Assembly (NCBI GenBank): GCA_030141605.1
Contig: JAQGDQ010000385.1
Coordinates: 1-64,000, forward strand
Length of the DNA stretch: 64,000 nt
Origin: Tubiluchus corallicola
Lineage: Eukaryota > Animalia > Priapulida
Direction: 5' to 3'
Position 1 is the stretch's first letter. The number at the start of each line of letters is the position of its first letter. A model generated the notes under the pieces. The model was not told the origin of the DNA and made no database searches. It was given only the letters and a program-made list of their open reading frames with translations. A program made the translations under genes and the position numbers. Positions 1-19,800 of this stretch are shown piece after piece.

Positions 1-10
1 ATAATCTAAC

Positions 11-5964
<5,954 letters not shown>

Positions 5965-7860
5965 TTTTATGAAAGCATATTTCTCCAAATTCTCCTGAAC
6001 AATGCGCATCGCGAGGACTGCCCCCCAGACCACGGTATTTGCTACTGCTAGTGTACTAAAGACTAAAGACTAAAAAGCCATTTACAATTCAGTAGTTCAA
6101 TGGGAGACATAGATATAGACATAAACATTTTTACTGGCCCTGGTATACATGAAATTTACCGTTGCACTTTGCGTAGACTAGTTATGAAGCAATTAGCACA
6201 ACAAGTCTGCAATGAAATTCAACTGAATATATAAATCTAAATGTTATAATTAAAATAAAGCTTTAAAATTTGAAAGGTATTATTTTAGAGTGTTTTGTCG
6301 CTACTAAATCGAAGTGGGAAGAAGTCGAAAATTAAAGCAATTTGTTCCTGAAAAGGGTACATTTAATTTTACTTTGTGTGAAAGAAACATAAATTCTTCA
6401 TGTAGAGGATAAAAGTTGTCTACCATAATCTTCAGTAACATAATTACCATAGAACAGCACGATTAAGAAAGCGATGGACAATATTGTACAGGGTGTGGTA
6501 TAAGTTACATAAGTTAACATTTTGCTAGAGAGCATGAGGGTAGAAAATCTATAAGTAACAGTATATATAGAAGAATTTATTGCTTCAACACATTAAATGC
6601 TGAATCAACAGAGAATCTTTGCATCTCACATCAATAGGGGTGCCCAATGCCACATGAACGCATTGTTTCAAATCGTATTGGATTTGCAACTTTTTTGAAC
6701 CTGAATCGAAATAAAATTCAGTTTTAAAGATTTTCAAATAAATTTTCGATCCACTAATAAAAATTCTGCATAATTAAAGGTGGGCATTCTCTATATTCGA
6801 AGCAAATCTGGTTCAGATTTGTTTGCCACGCATTAAAAAAATGAAGAACTAATAATAGCAATTTTTAAAGCATAATTAATTGTAGCATGAGAGGGCACAA
6901 AAGAGTATTCTACAGCCATAGCAATTAATCAAGGCCACTTACATGAGAGAGAAAAAATCAACTACTCTACAAGAATTGTTCACAAAATGAAATACAGAAT
7001 AATACAAGGTGGATTGAAAAGACAAGAAGAAATATAAGCGGTCGCATTATGGATAAAAAAGGATCAAAAAAAGTTCAAGTGAGGACATGGATTCACGTTT
7101 ATTACTGGCGCATAAAACTGATAATCGCGCACATCAATAAAAAGCAAAAAAGCTGCTAGGCTTTTAACAAATTGTAACTTTTAGCTGTTATGCAGAAAAG
7201 GACTTCGTAACCTTCAATTTAACGAATACCATTAAATTCAAATACAGAGCGTACTATATTATAGTCGAACTACAGATGAAAACGACTGATTTTGCTTATT
7301 TTTCCATTTGTGCCCTTTTTCTTGAGCAATTTTGACAAAACCAATTTACATGATATCGACGATCCGCTTGAGCATTGAATTGTTCACCACCCAGCTGAGT
7401 TTATTGTGTTATTTTTTGTCTGATTTTTCCAAAGTGGAAGCTTTAAATTTGCCAGTATCGATACAGGATCTCATACAGCTGAAGTAAACTTGGATCATGT
7501 AATTTTAATTTGTGTTGTGATCATGTCTAATTGTCGTGACCACGTAATTTAATTAGTTATTTTAATTCACATTCTAGTTCTTATTAAGTTTTTGTTAGTT
7601 CTCATTTGATAGCTTTTTTATTTGTTGCATAGGTGTTTCTATTTCAATTTTGCTTCTTTGTCTGGGTATCCTACTCACACTAACTCGTGTTTTTGCCATA
7701 ACACCTGAATGTATTTGTGCAATCGAAATTTGAAAATCTCATTGGATAATGAATAAAGGTGCTACTGCGTCGAGCAGTCCTGCAGTCCAGTTTATAATTT
7801 TGAAAATAAGCGAAGAGGGGCACCAACCAGCGCATTTTCATCGTTTATTTAATTTAAACA

Positions 7861-7876
7861 TCAATAGGTGGCGCTC
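7861..7876 (+). promoter_or_regulatory. Candidate CTCF-like site upstream of BET1
   Basis: TCAATAGGTGGCGCTC versus consensus CCACYAGRKGGCRC; ~150 bp before the BET1 ATG, with a CRE-like CACGTCA nearby. Confidence 0.35.
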
Positions 7877-8018
7877 AATACACCGACACGTCATTTTTCG
7901 TTCGTAGTCTGACTTACAATGAAAGTTCTATAGAAAATTAAATTTTATCTTTATAGTTTTTACTTAATTGAAGTTATTGCATGTATGAATAACGTATTGC
8001 AAGACTGCATGATAAAAA

Positions 8019-10831
8019 ATGCGTCGTGGCTATCCAGGTATTAAATTTCCGGTAGGCCCGCGCTTAGCTTCAGTGTGTTTATTAACTTAACTATAGTATA
8101 GTATAAATTATATGAGTACTAATTTAACTGTAGTACCGCGTACCAAATGCTAATATCGTATATGCAGATTGTAAATATAGCTCATAAATTGGCATTTACA
8201 TGAGTAGCAAAAATAAGATTCACCAACGTGTGACACTGTTCTCATTGGGTATCCTGAATCCTGATCGTTAAGATTCAGAATTACTGAAGAAATTCAAGTC
8301 ATTTTGTAATTGCAAATGATAACAGTTCTGGCTACGTTCAGCTGTTTTGCAGTATTATCTTGACAAAAATGTTCAATTATTGCACCCTATAAAGAGCTGG
8401 CTTTCATAAGTCACGAAAGTTATGTTTTTGTAGTTACATGTACATGTACAGAATACTGGGCTACTTCTATACGGATTAATAAGCTAAAATTAGTCATCAA
8501 TTTCAATTCAGTTTTATTTGCACAAATACATACAATGTACATTGGCAAAGCAAGATAATACACGTTAAATGCTACAAAAACGCAAAAAAATTACAATAGG
8601 CAATACAAAAATTACAATCAGTAAAGTCAATTCAACGTCGAGATCACTTCAAGTGTGGGCGCAGTCATTGTGAATGAAAAATAGAGTGATCTGATTACTG
8701 TGCAGTATAAGTAGTTAGTGTGCTAGGTGCTTGAGCCAACTTCTTTTGCAGGTACAGTTACTATAACAATCCAAAACATTAAACGAAAATTATTATTACT
8801 ATTTTTGCTTTTTGATGAATCCTGTAATTATATAATGAAAATCGGTAACCATATCTTTGAGCAATTAAATTATTTTTTGCCATTGGTTTGGGATGCCCAA
8901 TTCAGTGATAGTTCTGGTTCGTAATTTTGTGCCCGAAGAAACCCTATGCTAATGTACAGTATTATGGACCTAACTTCATGCGAATAAATTTTGTTAAGCA
9001 TACCTCTTAGAATTATTTTTTATTAATAGTGCCTTCTGACGAGGTAACTTTGAGGATCATTCAGTAAAAACATGATCAGAAGTTACAGTATAAGTCTTAT
9101 TACAGTTATGTTTTCAGCCAATGGTGATATGTATGAGGAAGAAAATGAGAAGCTAGTTGACCATCTTGCTGGAAAGGTCAGCGCTCTGAAGGATGTGAGT
9201 TGATGTTTGTTTTAAACCTAAGTTGATATGTATGATTAAGTTCTATATACATGCTATCATGTTAACAAGCCACAGTTCAAAAGGGTGACTTGCACATAGT
9301 TTGACATTTCATATTGAATTAGTTCAATTTGCAGATGTGTAAGTTGAATTGCTAGGCTAGTTTTTTAAATAACCTAGTAAAATCATTGCTTTTGTGCACA
9401 ATCAATGCAAGCTAAGCAGTGCTGACTGCGATCAGTTACTAAATTGATTACCACTTTTCCAATTCTGAGGCTTATCTAGAGGTTTTCTTTTGATCTAATA
9501 CAGAAACCCTTTTTTGCAATTGTTTAATAAAAACTCAGAGTGTTTTTCTGAATGTTTTTCCATTTTATTGTAGAAGTGGCTTTCATGGCACGTCCTTTGC
9601 ATAAAACTTTTATTTCTGTAATAAGCAGTGGAACTAAGCAGAAAAGTTACTTCACTGTATCTACTGAGCTAAACAACGACTGTTTATGAATGGTACCATT
9701 TGGAGTGAATGTCAAATCCAGGCAGCTACACGCCACTCTCATAAAGCGCAGCTATCCTCTCAGCCATGACCCCGGCCCGCCATGCTTAGTTAGATCCCAA
9801 CCAGTTAGATGCTAATTAGATCTAAATAAAACTTGAATAGTGTCAAAATTGAGCTAATCTTACAAAACTACCACATAACTCAAATCAATCACTAATGTAT
9901 TTAATACTAAGCATATTGTCATCTTTAGGGTAGATCCTTGTCTTTGTTTTGGATAGAAACTTTGCCAGTAAGAAGTGTCATCGGAATAAATTTGCTAAAA
10001 TATTGTTACAGCTAGTTATTGTTAAATTTATCTTACATTTTCTTTCAGTTGTCTATTGATATTGGCCATGAAGTGCGTTCAGGAAACAAAATGCTGTCAG
10101 AAATGGTGTGTAACGAAGTATTAAACCAATTTTTGTAGTTCTGTATGTCTAATATTGAAGTGGTGTCAAATTTTTAATGTTTTTATAAATATCCATATAG
10201 GCTAGCATTTCCTACATTGAGATTGTTTGCTTGTAGACCCGCTCAGAAGTTTACTAACATGTACTAAGGGTATACTGTGTACTGAATACGCAATTCAAGA
10301 TATTTGCATTCTCTGCTTTGTAATGATGAGGTTTGCTACTCATCATAAATGTTACTAATGTTCTGAAATATTGTGGGAAACATATAGGCCTACTCAAAGC
10401 ATTGTGCAAAGATATAAATACATTGTGAAGCAGCACTTGACATGAAAATGTAATATTAGATTTCTTATTTGTATGGCTATATTCTAATGCACTTATATTG
10501 ATGCAATATACAGTTGAACTACTGTTTATATTGATTTCAATTTGTCGTAATTGAAGAATTGATACTGGCATCGGCCATGTGTGTAGCTGCTTTGCAGTCT
10601 CTTCAGTAGTTGCTATATTGTTGGTGATTAAATAAAAAAGCAAAATCACTTGTCTGTTTATTTTTGTAGGACAGTGACTTTGACAGCACTGGAGGATTTC
10701 TTGGTTCCACCATGGGGCGTCTAACAAAAATGTCCAAAGCTGGTCACAATAAATTTATGTGTTATCTTATCATTTTCGCACTTTTTGTTTTCTTTGTTTT
10801 ATATTATGTAATAAAGTACTCTAAAGGATAG
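8019..10831 (+). CDS. BET1: BET1 homolog, ER-Golgi Qc-SNARE, ~104 aa
   Basis: Exons 8019-8037, 9118-9194, 10049-10105, 10670-10831 give MRRGYPA...[58 protein letters not shown]... followed by a C-terminal TM segment (CYLIIFALFVFFVLYYVIK). Confidence 0.95.
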
Positions 10832-11559
10832 CTTTTACTTTGGTTGCAAACTTGTAATATTTTGTAAGTACTCATTTGTAAGTGTACATTTGTAGTCAAT
10901 GTATAATACGTTTAATAATTATAATGTTCATATTTATTAATCTTGATTGTTAATGTTGCTTTGGTTGTTGGTTATTTGACTATGAACCCAACAGACATAC
11001 AATAACTTTGTAACTGAAGTATTTCATCAAGAGTTTTATCTTTTAAAGCAAGCAGAAAAAAATTGCTCAAAAAATATTGCAAACTTGAACTAAATTAGAA
11101 GTTAAAAATTAAAGCCTTGCATAACAAATTGATTACAAAAATTTCATGGAAGTGATATGAAAATTAAACTTGTTTGTGCTTAGTATGTTTAATGATGGGT
11201 AGTTTATAATTTAGTCGCACAGCAATAAAACAAATTACAACGGCCGTGTCAGTTGCGCAAAAAATAAATAACATCGACTTGAATTTGTAATGATAAAATA
11301 AGTAGTTATTGAAAGAAAGTTGTTTTCAAGAAATGATTTGGCTAGGAACCTAAATATGTAATATAATTAGAAAATGAAAACAAAGATATCGGTACAAAAA
11401 ACAGTTAATGTTTCTCCCAAGGATTTCAAACTCACGTTCTTTAATGTCACTGGATTGCCTGTCATTATCAGAATGTAGAATAATTTAACTCAATATAAAA
11501 ATCGTAGAAATAAAAAGTTATACTAAGCAAAGTGCATGCATTTTGTATACTTTGCTGTA

Positions 11560-13065
11560 AGAGCGGTTGTTTTGAAGCCGTTTAGGTGCGGTTAAACGGC
11601 GGCCTCTACCGTTTCCAGTAGGCACTTTTGTTGCAAGCCTTTCTCTTTCTAATAATGTCAATTTTTTCCCTTTTGTTTTTTCTTCCAGTTTTTTGATTTT
11701 CCTTTGTCATCTGTATATCTAGATCGATTCCATATTTCTTTCTTAGCCGCGTCAGTTTCGATATGCGCTCTCTTAACTCAATCAGTTTATCAATATGGTC
11801 ACTAAGGAAATAATCTGCAGCTGTCGTCGTTTCTCCCAGTATTTCTATACCCATCTTGCACAATAGCAGAGGCTGCTTCCTCTTCAATATAACAGACCGG
11901 ACAGGCCATATCTAATTTAAATTTATTTCTGTAATTTGTTTTTACTGCAATCACATTAAGTTTCCACTCTGTTGTCTCACAGGCAGTCTTCTCATCACAC
12001 TCTTCTAAGTATTTCATTGTTTTTTTCCAATGTCCCACTCTATTTTTTAGAAATCGTAATTTTGTTTTTTCGTCAATAGCCGTCAATGATTCTTTTAATT
12101 TTGTTTTTTCGTCAATAGCCGTCAATGATTCTTTTAATTTTGTTTTTTCGTCAATAACCTGCAATGATTCTCAAATCGCCCTCTTAACTTCTTTTTTCCA
12201 TCTGTCTGTCCAACTACAAAGCACTTTACCTTTTTGCACACTCAACACTTTTTTGCATCTCTGTCATTCGACGATAGGTATAAAGATCTTAGCCATATCA
12301 ATTGCTTATAATGCACTCGTTGTTTCATTGGCCAAATTCCACAAATCAGTAACATGCCACAGTAATTTGTACTTATTCTTTGTTTCAACATTCCACATAT
12401 AATTTCCTTTTGCCAATATTCTACTTTTCACATTTATTTTCACTTAGTGTTTCCCATACTTCCATATTTGTTAATAAAGTAGTAGTAGTCATTTTTTCAT
12501 AAACTAATAATCTGATTTTCATATATTGATCTCCTACTTCAAATCTATCACCCCAACTCGTAATTTCCCTTTTCATGTAACCAATTTTCTCACTTCTTTT
12601 TTCTATACTCATATCATGGGTTCCTTTTTCTGTAATATAATCACCCAAATACCTGTAATGGTTTACATTTCTCCCTCTTTTACATGTAATTCTTCACACT
12701 TCTTTTCTTCATTTTTTCGTTTACTAGGATTTAATTGTATGTATTGCGACTTTTACACACAGAAAGTAAATTTTTTAATTCTTCCATTCTTCTACAGCTC
12801 TTTATTGCGTCGTTATTATTTCCCATACTCAATATATCGTCTACATAGATTCGAGCATCTATGCTTACATCGCTGTCAAACTGTACAGCACTCCTTTCAC
12901 TTATTTTGTTTATTTTATCAGTACTAGAGCAACACATAATTGGGCCCCACACTGTTCCTTGTTTTACTGTTCCCCCAGCCTTAAACTTTTCCGTTATTCC
13001 AACTGGTATGACAATTTTTACTGTCGCCTGTTCATTTAACTATTATTCATTTATATATTACTGCT
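11560..13065 (-). mobile_element. Frameshifted non-LTR retrotransposon 3' portion (RTE-group-like; clade uncertain)
   Basis: TVKQGTVWGPIMC, YVDD, LGDYIT and a C-terminal CPVC..EEE knuckle, spread over ORF fragments 12731-12952, 12421-12648, 11802-12164 and 11606-11887. Confidence 0.85.
12057..12170. repeat. 39-bp tandem repeat (~3 copies) within the LINE
   Basis: Unit TAATTTTGTTTTTTCGTCAATAGCCGTCAATGATTCTTT, which reads IDEKTKLKESLTA on the minus strand. Confidence 0.92.
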
Positions 13066-13199
13066 AGTACTGCTATAGTACAATATAAGAAATTATTGTT
13101 AAATGATGCAGACTTTTATATCTACCTTCATTTAGATAAATATGAGCATAATGCTGCTAGTCTTTGTCATTTTTGTAGTCATTTTCATCATTTCATATT

Positions 13200-13575
13200 G
13201 TACCTGGCAAAATCGCCACAGCATTTTTGGACATACTACTCAAAATTACGCTGTTGTTCAATTTACTACTAGTACGTCGGCAAATGTCCTGTAACAACAG
13301 GCGTTTAAATTTGTTGACTTAATCAGATTCCAAGCAATCGATAGGGGCTCGTCTTCACTGATATTCGGCATCTTCTTGGATAGCAGTTGTCTCCGTCTTT
13401 TCAAAATTAATTCTTCTATGTAACACAACGCTTTTGGTGTGGAATATTTTACTCCCAGCAGCGCTCTCACAACTTTGTTATATAGCACCTCGTGTGCTCC
13501 AAAATTTGATGTTAACCAAGTCAGCGCACTCAGTTAACCAAATAAAACGTCCTCCGACACTTGCAGCCGAGCTCA
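13200..13575 (-). mobile_element. Second, unrelated LINE remnant (post-RT region)
   Basis: TWLTSNFGAHEVLYNKVVRALLGVKYSTPKALCYIE resembles the ETW...LLGV..STP segment that follows the RT domain in non-LTR elements. Confidence 0.7.
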
Positions 13576-13834
13576 ATCTCCACTTCGTGCGCCATTTCGT
13601 TACGCATTCTAATGAAATCAACGCATATGGCAGCGTACATGAGCCCAGCCATGGGACTGGCCCAGCTGGCTGTTGTAATTGCACTTTGACCGATTAGGAA
13701 GACCCGAGCAGGTCGTGCTGTACGCCTTTACTTACATTTTGTTTTGTACATACTTGTTATCTTGTCCTTGAGGCGTTTCTCGCTGTTTTACGTGAAAACT
13801 GAAGCTAAAAGTTGAAGCTATTCAGTGCGTCAGC

Positions 13835-16800
13835 ATGGGGAAAATTAATGGTAAGCACTGGAAAATTTATTTTATAATAGAAACTTTATTGCTACTTTTA
13901 TGAGTGAGGGTGCAAAATATGTATGTTTTTCGATGCATTAGTTGCTAAAACAGAAAAAGAAGTTGATAAATGTAACCTGGAAGCTCGAGCAAACTGCGTA
14001 TTGTCGCAAATGCTTTTTACATTTTGCTAATTTTAACCATATAGTACTAGTAGGGTCACAAGACAGAGCTAGAAAAGTCTAACTAATAATTGTTGTCTAT
14101 TGATTTTAGGACATTAATGTTCTAGTTGCATTTTGCATTAATAATAATATCTATTAATTTTATATCTTTATGCTTTTTATAGCTGGTACAGTGGTGGAGG
14201 TCAAAGGTGATGAGATGACTAGGTATGCTGGTTTGTTGACTTATTCTGTATAGGTAGTATATTTTGTTGCAAGGGAGTAGGACATTGGCAATAATTGTTA
14301 TGTAGTTTCTTTTTGATGTGCAAACCCACATTTAATAAAATTTTGATACCAAATTTGAAAGACAAGAAATGTAAAAAAGTTATGATACAGCTTAGTTTAG
14401 AACCTAGGACTTTCTTACAAGGCTGATGCCTTAGTCAACTCAGTTACTACACATTTACTGAGATGAACATAAATTTAATTAAAACAGTTGAGTAAATTAG
14501 CATTTCTGAGGCAAAATGCAAGCTGTACGGTCTATAAATTGAAATTAGAATTTATGTAAATATTCAATCTTCATTTTGAGGCATGGATTTTACTAAATGT
14601 TTTTTGCCGTGCAGATTGCACATAGCAGTATATTTTCTGGTGTTTCTCACTTTTTTAGGATCATTTGGGAGTTAATAAAAGAAAGATTGATTTTACCATT
14701 TTTGGATGTTGATATCAAATCTTATGACTTGTGTATTCAAAACAGAGATGCAACTAATGACCAAGGTTGGTTATAATGATCTTATTCTTTAACTTAAGTT
14801 ATATTTGAAAAAATAATGAAAACAACTTTTAATTTGCTTTTCACTGTACAGGTAGTAGTCATCTTATGATCTATGCGACTTATGACTGTTCGATTTTACA
14901 ACCCGACCACTTAACTTAATTAGTTAATTATGCAAAACTGGCTATAACTCATATTTATTTCTATTTTTTTAAACAAATTAACTTTAAATCCGTATTTTTT
15001 CGATAAATTCATTGTAGGCGCGCCGCCACATTTGGTGCGACTACACACACAACATCTTGCCTGTAGGGTATACTGCTTTAATATATGGGTCTGACTTGTG
15101 TCCAGTAGTTTGTCTTATGACCAATTAGCCAGGACATATTGTGGTCGTAAGTTGATGACAACCTGTATTGTAAGTGAAAAACTGGCATCAGTTGATTATA
15201 AACAAGTATGAGTTTTTACCTTTGCAAAGGTGGTTATGTTTTCATTCTGTTTGTTTGTCTACTATTGTGTTAGCAAAATTATGCAAAAACTACTTTCCAA
15301 AAATTTCCACAAGGCTCTACAGAGGGGTGGGACATGGGACGGGAATAACCCACTAAGTTTTTGGATCATCCAAGAAAAATGGGAAGCAAACAACTGTCAT
15401 TTTCAGCTCTTTCTTTGCAAAACTTATGAACACCATGAACAGTAATTGTTTGTGCACCAGTTTTTGAGGTGTTTGGAAAGAAAAGTTCTGAGCTCTTTGA
15501 AGTGAAGAGAAACTAGACTCCTCAATGAGGTGGGTCTCTTTTATTAATAGCTCCACAAGTTATAATTTTGAACAGAGTAGTTCAAATTCATTTATGATTT
15601 TTAGTAAGAAAACTAAAGGATGAAAACTTGCTGCAACATTACCCATATACTCTGTCTAAAAACTATACTTATAAGCACGGTTTTTATGTAAATACAGCGT
15701 ATGTATTCCCTATTGAAGAGTAAAGAAATTTTAACATGCACTATGTAGAAGGTTCATGCGTTAGTGATTATAATCCTATTTAATGTTAGCTAGAGCAGAT
15801 GCCACATTGATTTATTTTTTCATTAAAAGAGTCAGATGGATGTGTTAGATAATGCTTGGCTTTGGAGGAATTCTGCACTTTACTGTGAGTTATTGTAGTT
15901 TTACACGTTTTGATGATATGACTACAACATCTGAAATGCCATTTTTGTTTTAGTCACAGTTGATTGTGCTTACGCTATTGCTAAGTATAACGTCGGTATA
16001 AAATGTGCTACCATTACACCAGATGAGCATAGAGTAAAAGGTGGGTGTGTAACTTTTAAAGGTATTTTAAAGTAAAGACATTGTATTTCTTATGTTGGTA
16101 CTTTTTTACATGTTACCCATTAATTAGATCAGTAATGGTGACCTGTGAAACCTGTCTTGTTAAACTTTGTGATGAAAAAATGTTTTTCTAGTTCATTTCA
16201 TTAGCTGCACTGCCATTTAATCATGAATGTTCACATGTAGACTAACTCTACCTATTCAGAAATTCGTTTTTTGCAGAATTTAATTTGAAGAAGATGTGGC
16301 GGTCCCCTAATGGAACAATAAGGAACATACTAGGAGGGACTGTTTTTCGAGAAGCTATAATTTGCAAAAATGTTCCTCGATTAGTTCCAGGCTGGGTCAA
16401 GCCAATTGTGATAGGTCGACATGCGTATGGTGACCAGGTAACTTAATTGTTGTGGTTAGATATTATTCTTTTATGTCTGCACGTATCAAAGTTGTTGTCT
16501 GAACAGTTTACATATCTGAGAGTTAAATATACGTTATTGCAATAGGGAGCCCCTGCTTCTTCCTTAGATCTATGCGCTATTGCATTTTCACTTTTGGGCT
16601 GACCTATACTTGGTTCCACCCCAGAGGACTACATAGATCAGTTTCAGCCTTGTTTCCTTACATGTGTGTATATCCACTCCCTCAGGGTAAAAAACAGCCT
16701 TGCTTGTTAAACTTTTACTTGTGCTTGGGGGGCTTTAGCAAGTTCAAGATACATATTATGGGACAAGAATCTCTCTCTTTGTAGTTAAACAGCATACATA

Positions 16801-19800
16801 ATTTTAGCATGCATAATCATGCTTAATACTGTTACATAATGTTTAATATTGACATTCAGCTTTGCGGGATTACTTGTTGCTAGCAGTGGCCCAGTATTGT
16901 TGAGCCCTTAGTTTTAGACTGTATTTCGTAGACTGCTGAGCCATTTTTGTATTCGTAAAGTCCTCATGGCTGCATATTATTACCAATTGGTTTAGATCTC
17001 AGTCGTTTAAAATAATGGAATTTTGATCTAGTATCCTGTACAATGCATAGTCCTGTTCTTCCAATATAACTGTCCGATATAGCTAATAGCTGCACAACTA
17101 TGTAATTACACATGTTTCACTATTATATTTGTGTAGCAATATTTAAAATTTTTGAAACAGTTTGTTTTTTATTAGTACAAAGCAACTGATTTTGTTGTAC
17201 CCGGACCAGGTAAATTAGAAATCACTTTCACACCAGAATCAGGGAAGGATATTGTGAAGTATACCATTCATGACTTTGACGGAGCTGGTGTAGCACTTGG
17301 CATGTTTAATACTGATAAGGTAGTCAAAATTTGGCTATTGACATTACAATTTTAATTTTTTATCATTCTTTTTTAAATTTTGTTCTTCATATTTACATGT
17401 TGCCTAGTGTTAAAATGATTATACAGGGTGTCCATAAAGTCTGGGTACATAGTAAAAACAAATACTTTTTAAAAAACAATTTTATTCAATTTTGATGTTG
17501 ATAAATAATATTTTCAACATGATTTCCATCATTTTCAATGCATAATTTGATGCGTTTTACAAAATTCATGTGAACTCGATGGAGTACTGCCTGTTTCTTT
17601 AAACTTCTTGACCAATTTCCCGACGGCAGTAAAACAAATAGGTTGACGATTAGGGTGTCGAAGGTTAAATTCTTCCGCAATTTTACGATAAGACCATCCT
17701 TCTCGTCCACTTAAGAGTACCAAATTGATTCTTTCTTCCTTAGACAAAGCCATTTTCTTTCTGAGGAGAAAAAATAAAAACAAATAAATAAATAGTAAAA
17801 TCCCCCATGTACCCAGACTTTATGGAGTGGTCCCATTTTAATCTTGGAAATTATTTTATAGTCATTTAGTCATGATGCTACTTGGTCTCAATAGTATTAT
17901 TTGCCATTAAAATCACAAAGAGGTCATTTATTGTATAGTGTGTTTATTGTAAGTACTGAGTAAACATGCATCTGATGTGCCCAGATAGGTTATCTTAGTC
18001 TACTTTGTTTCAAACTTACCTAATCTGAAGATTCCGTGCAGATGAGGAGCATGTATGGTAAAAACGAAAAGATAAATTGTAAACTACCGTGAAATGTAAT
18101 GAGCAGTAGACAGAGGTGTGTAAACCCAATATTAAAACATTTGTAAAATGTTAGACTGAAACATAACTTGAATTTTATGATATCATAAGTGTTACTGGTT
18201 AGTAAGTTACAGCATGTATGAATAATATGGTTGTTACCACTGTATTTTCAGTTATAATACTACAAAGTGTTACTGGTTAGTAAGTTACAGCATGTATGAA
18301 TAATATGGTTGTTACCACTTGTATTTTCAGTTATAATTCTACAAATTATATTTTTTCCATTTTAGTCCATCACAGAATTTGCCCACAGTTCATTCCAGTA
18401 TGCTCTGCAGAAAGGTTGGCCTCTCTACATGAGCACAAAGAACACGATACTAAAGCAGTACGATGGCAGATTTCGAGACATCTTCCAAGAGATATATGAA
18501 AGGTACCCCAATGTTGTCTTTAATATAGAAAAGTTCTTTGATATATAGGTTTCACTTTGAAATTTTAATTTTCTGTAAAATCTGTAATTGTAAAATTTTG
18601 GCTTTGCTGGCCTAATCTCAATTTTGCAAATAGCATTGTAATACCCATTTTGTTACCTAATGAATTAACATAGTAACATAGTCACCTCAAAACTTCGATT
18701 GCAAAGTCTTACTTAAAATGTCACTTCTCCAAGTCTTCACAGATGCAGTCTTTTGTGATGGTTTGTTTTAATTTAAATATTTCTTGACAACAGCATGGCT
18801 TCAGTTGTTTGACAGTGCACTTTGCTGTCGTTAAGCCTTGCTGTTTCATGTGTTCACAAGTTGTGTAATGGCATTGGCAGGTGGTGGTGGTGGTGGTGGT
18901 GGTGGTAATGGTGGTGGTGGTGGTGGTGATGATATTGATGATGACCATAATGATAATATCTGCAGAAGAACTTTTAGATTACTAACTAACAGAAACTGTA
19001 ATACTTCTATTTTTTGTTATATGATTTCAATAAACTAAACAGGTATCATAACAATTAATACGACTCTCTAGGTCAGAGGTTCCCAACCTTTTGTTGACGG
19101 TGACCCCTTTCCAGAACCCTGCATCATGTCGCGACCCCACGAAGAACATAATCACATGTTATACTATTAAACATCTTTATCGTTTGCATTTATTAATTTT
19201 AAGTTACTAATCAACAAATTATTGAACAATGGGTAATTGTTTCATTAATTAATTAATGTAATGCGTCTGTTTTGCAATGCGTGGCTCAACGCCATTCAGC
19301 GCAACAATCATGTCCGATTCTATTTCAAGCCGACAAGGGCATTAGTGCGAGAAACCTCATTTCACTTTCCAGAACAAAATTATGTAATGAGAGACTGAGG
19401 AAACAAGACCAATTTATTTAATTTTTATGGAAACGGGATTTTTTAAAAGTAGTTTTTGGCTAAAAATTAGCCCGCGTCCCCACGAAAAGTGCTTTGCGAC
19501 TTCAACTGGGACCGCAACCCCAAGGTTGGGAACCCATGCTCTAAGTAATACCCATTGCTTAGAGAAATGTGCTGACACTATTAGAGTTATCTGATATGTC
19601 GTGGCTGTAAAACTCATTTTGCACGATAATTTCTTTTTAGAGATTACAAAGCCAAGTTTGAAGCTGCAGGTATATGGTATGAGCACAGGCTTATAGATGA
19701 CATGGTTGCACAAGCACTAAAATCAGAAGGTGGATTTGTTTGGGCTTGTAAAAACTATGATGGTGACGTACAATCTGATAATGTTGCTCAAGGTGCGAAC

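Noticed and set aside
10254-10727. 157-aa antisense ORF in BET1 intron 3
   Set aside because: Non-ATG start, no recognisable motifs, and composition of random AT-rich sequence.
10829-10870. Readthrough at the other genes' stops (BET1 TAG-CTT, MFAP1 TGA-ACT, PKMYT1 TGA-ATT, ZFP64-like TAG-TAC)
   Set aside because: None has the UGA-CUA context or yields a recognisable C-terminal signal.
12057-12170. CRISPR-like repeat array
   Set aside because: Head-to-tail repeats without spacers, inside a eukaryotic LINE, and no cas genes.
13790-13834. Upstream in-frame extension giving IDH1 a mitochondrial presequence
   Set aside because: In-frame TGA at 13793-13795 and no ATG. An alternative distant first exon cannot be excluded, but none was seen.
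15909-15937. C/D box snoRNA in IDH1 intron 3 (TGATGA...CTGA)
   Set aside because: The boxes are only ~15 nt apart, too short for a snoRNA.
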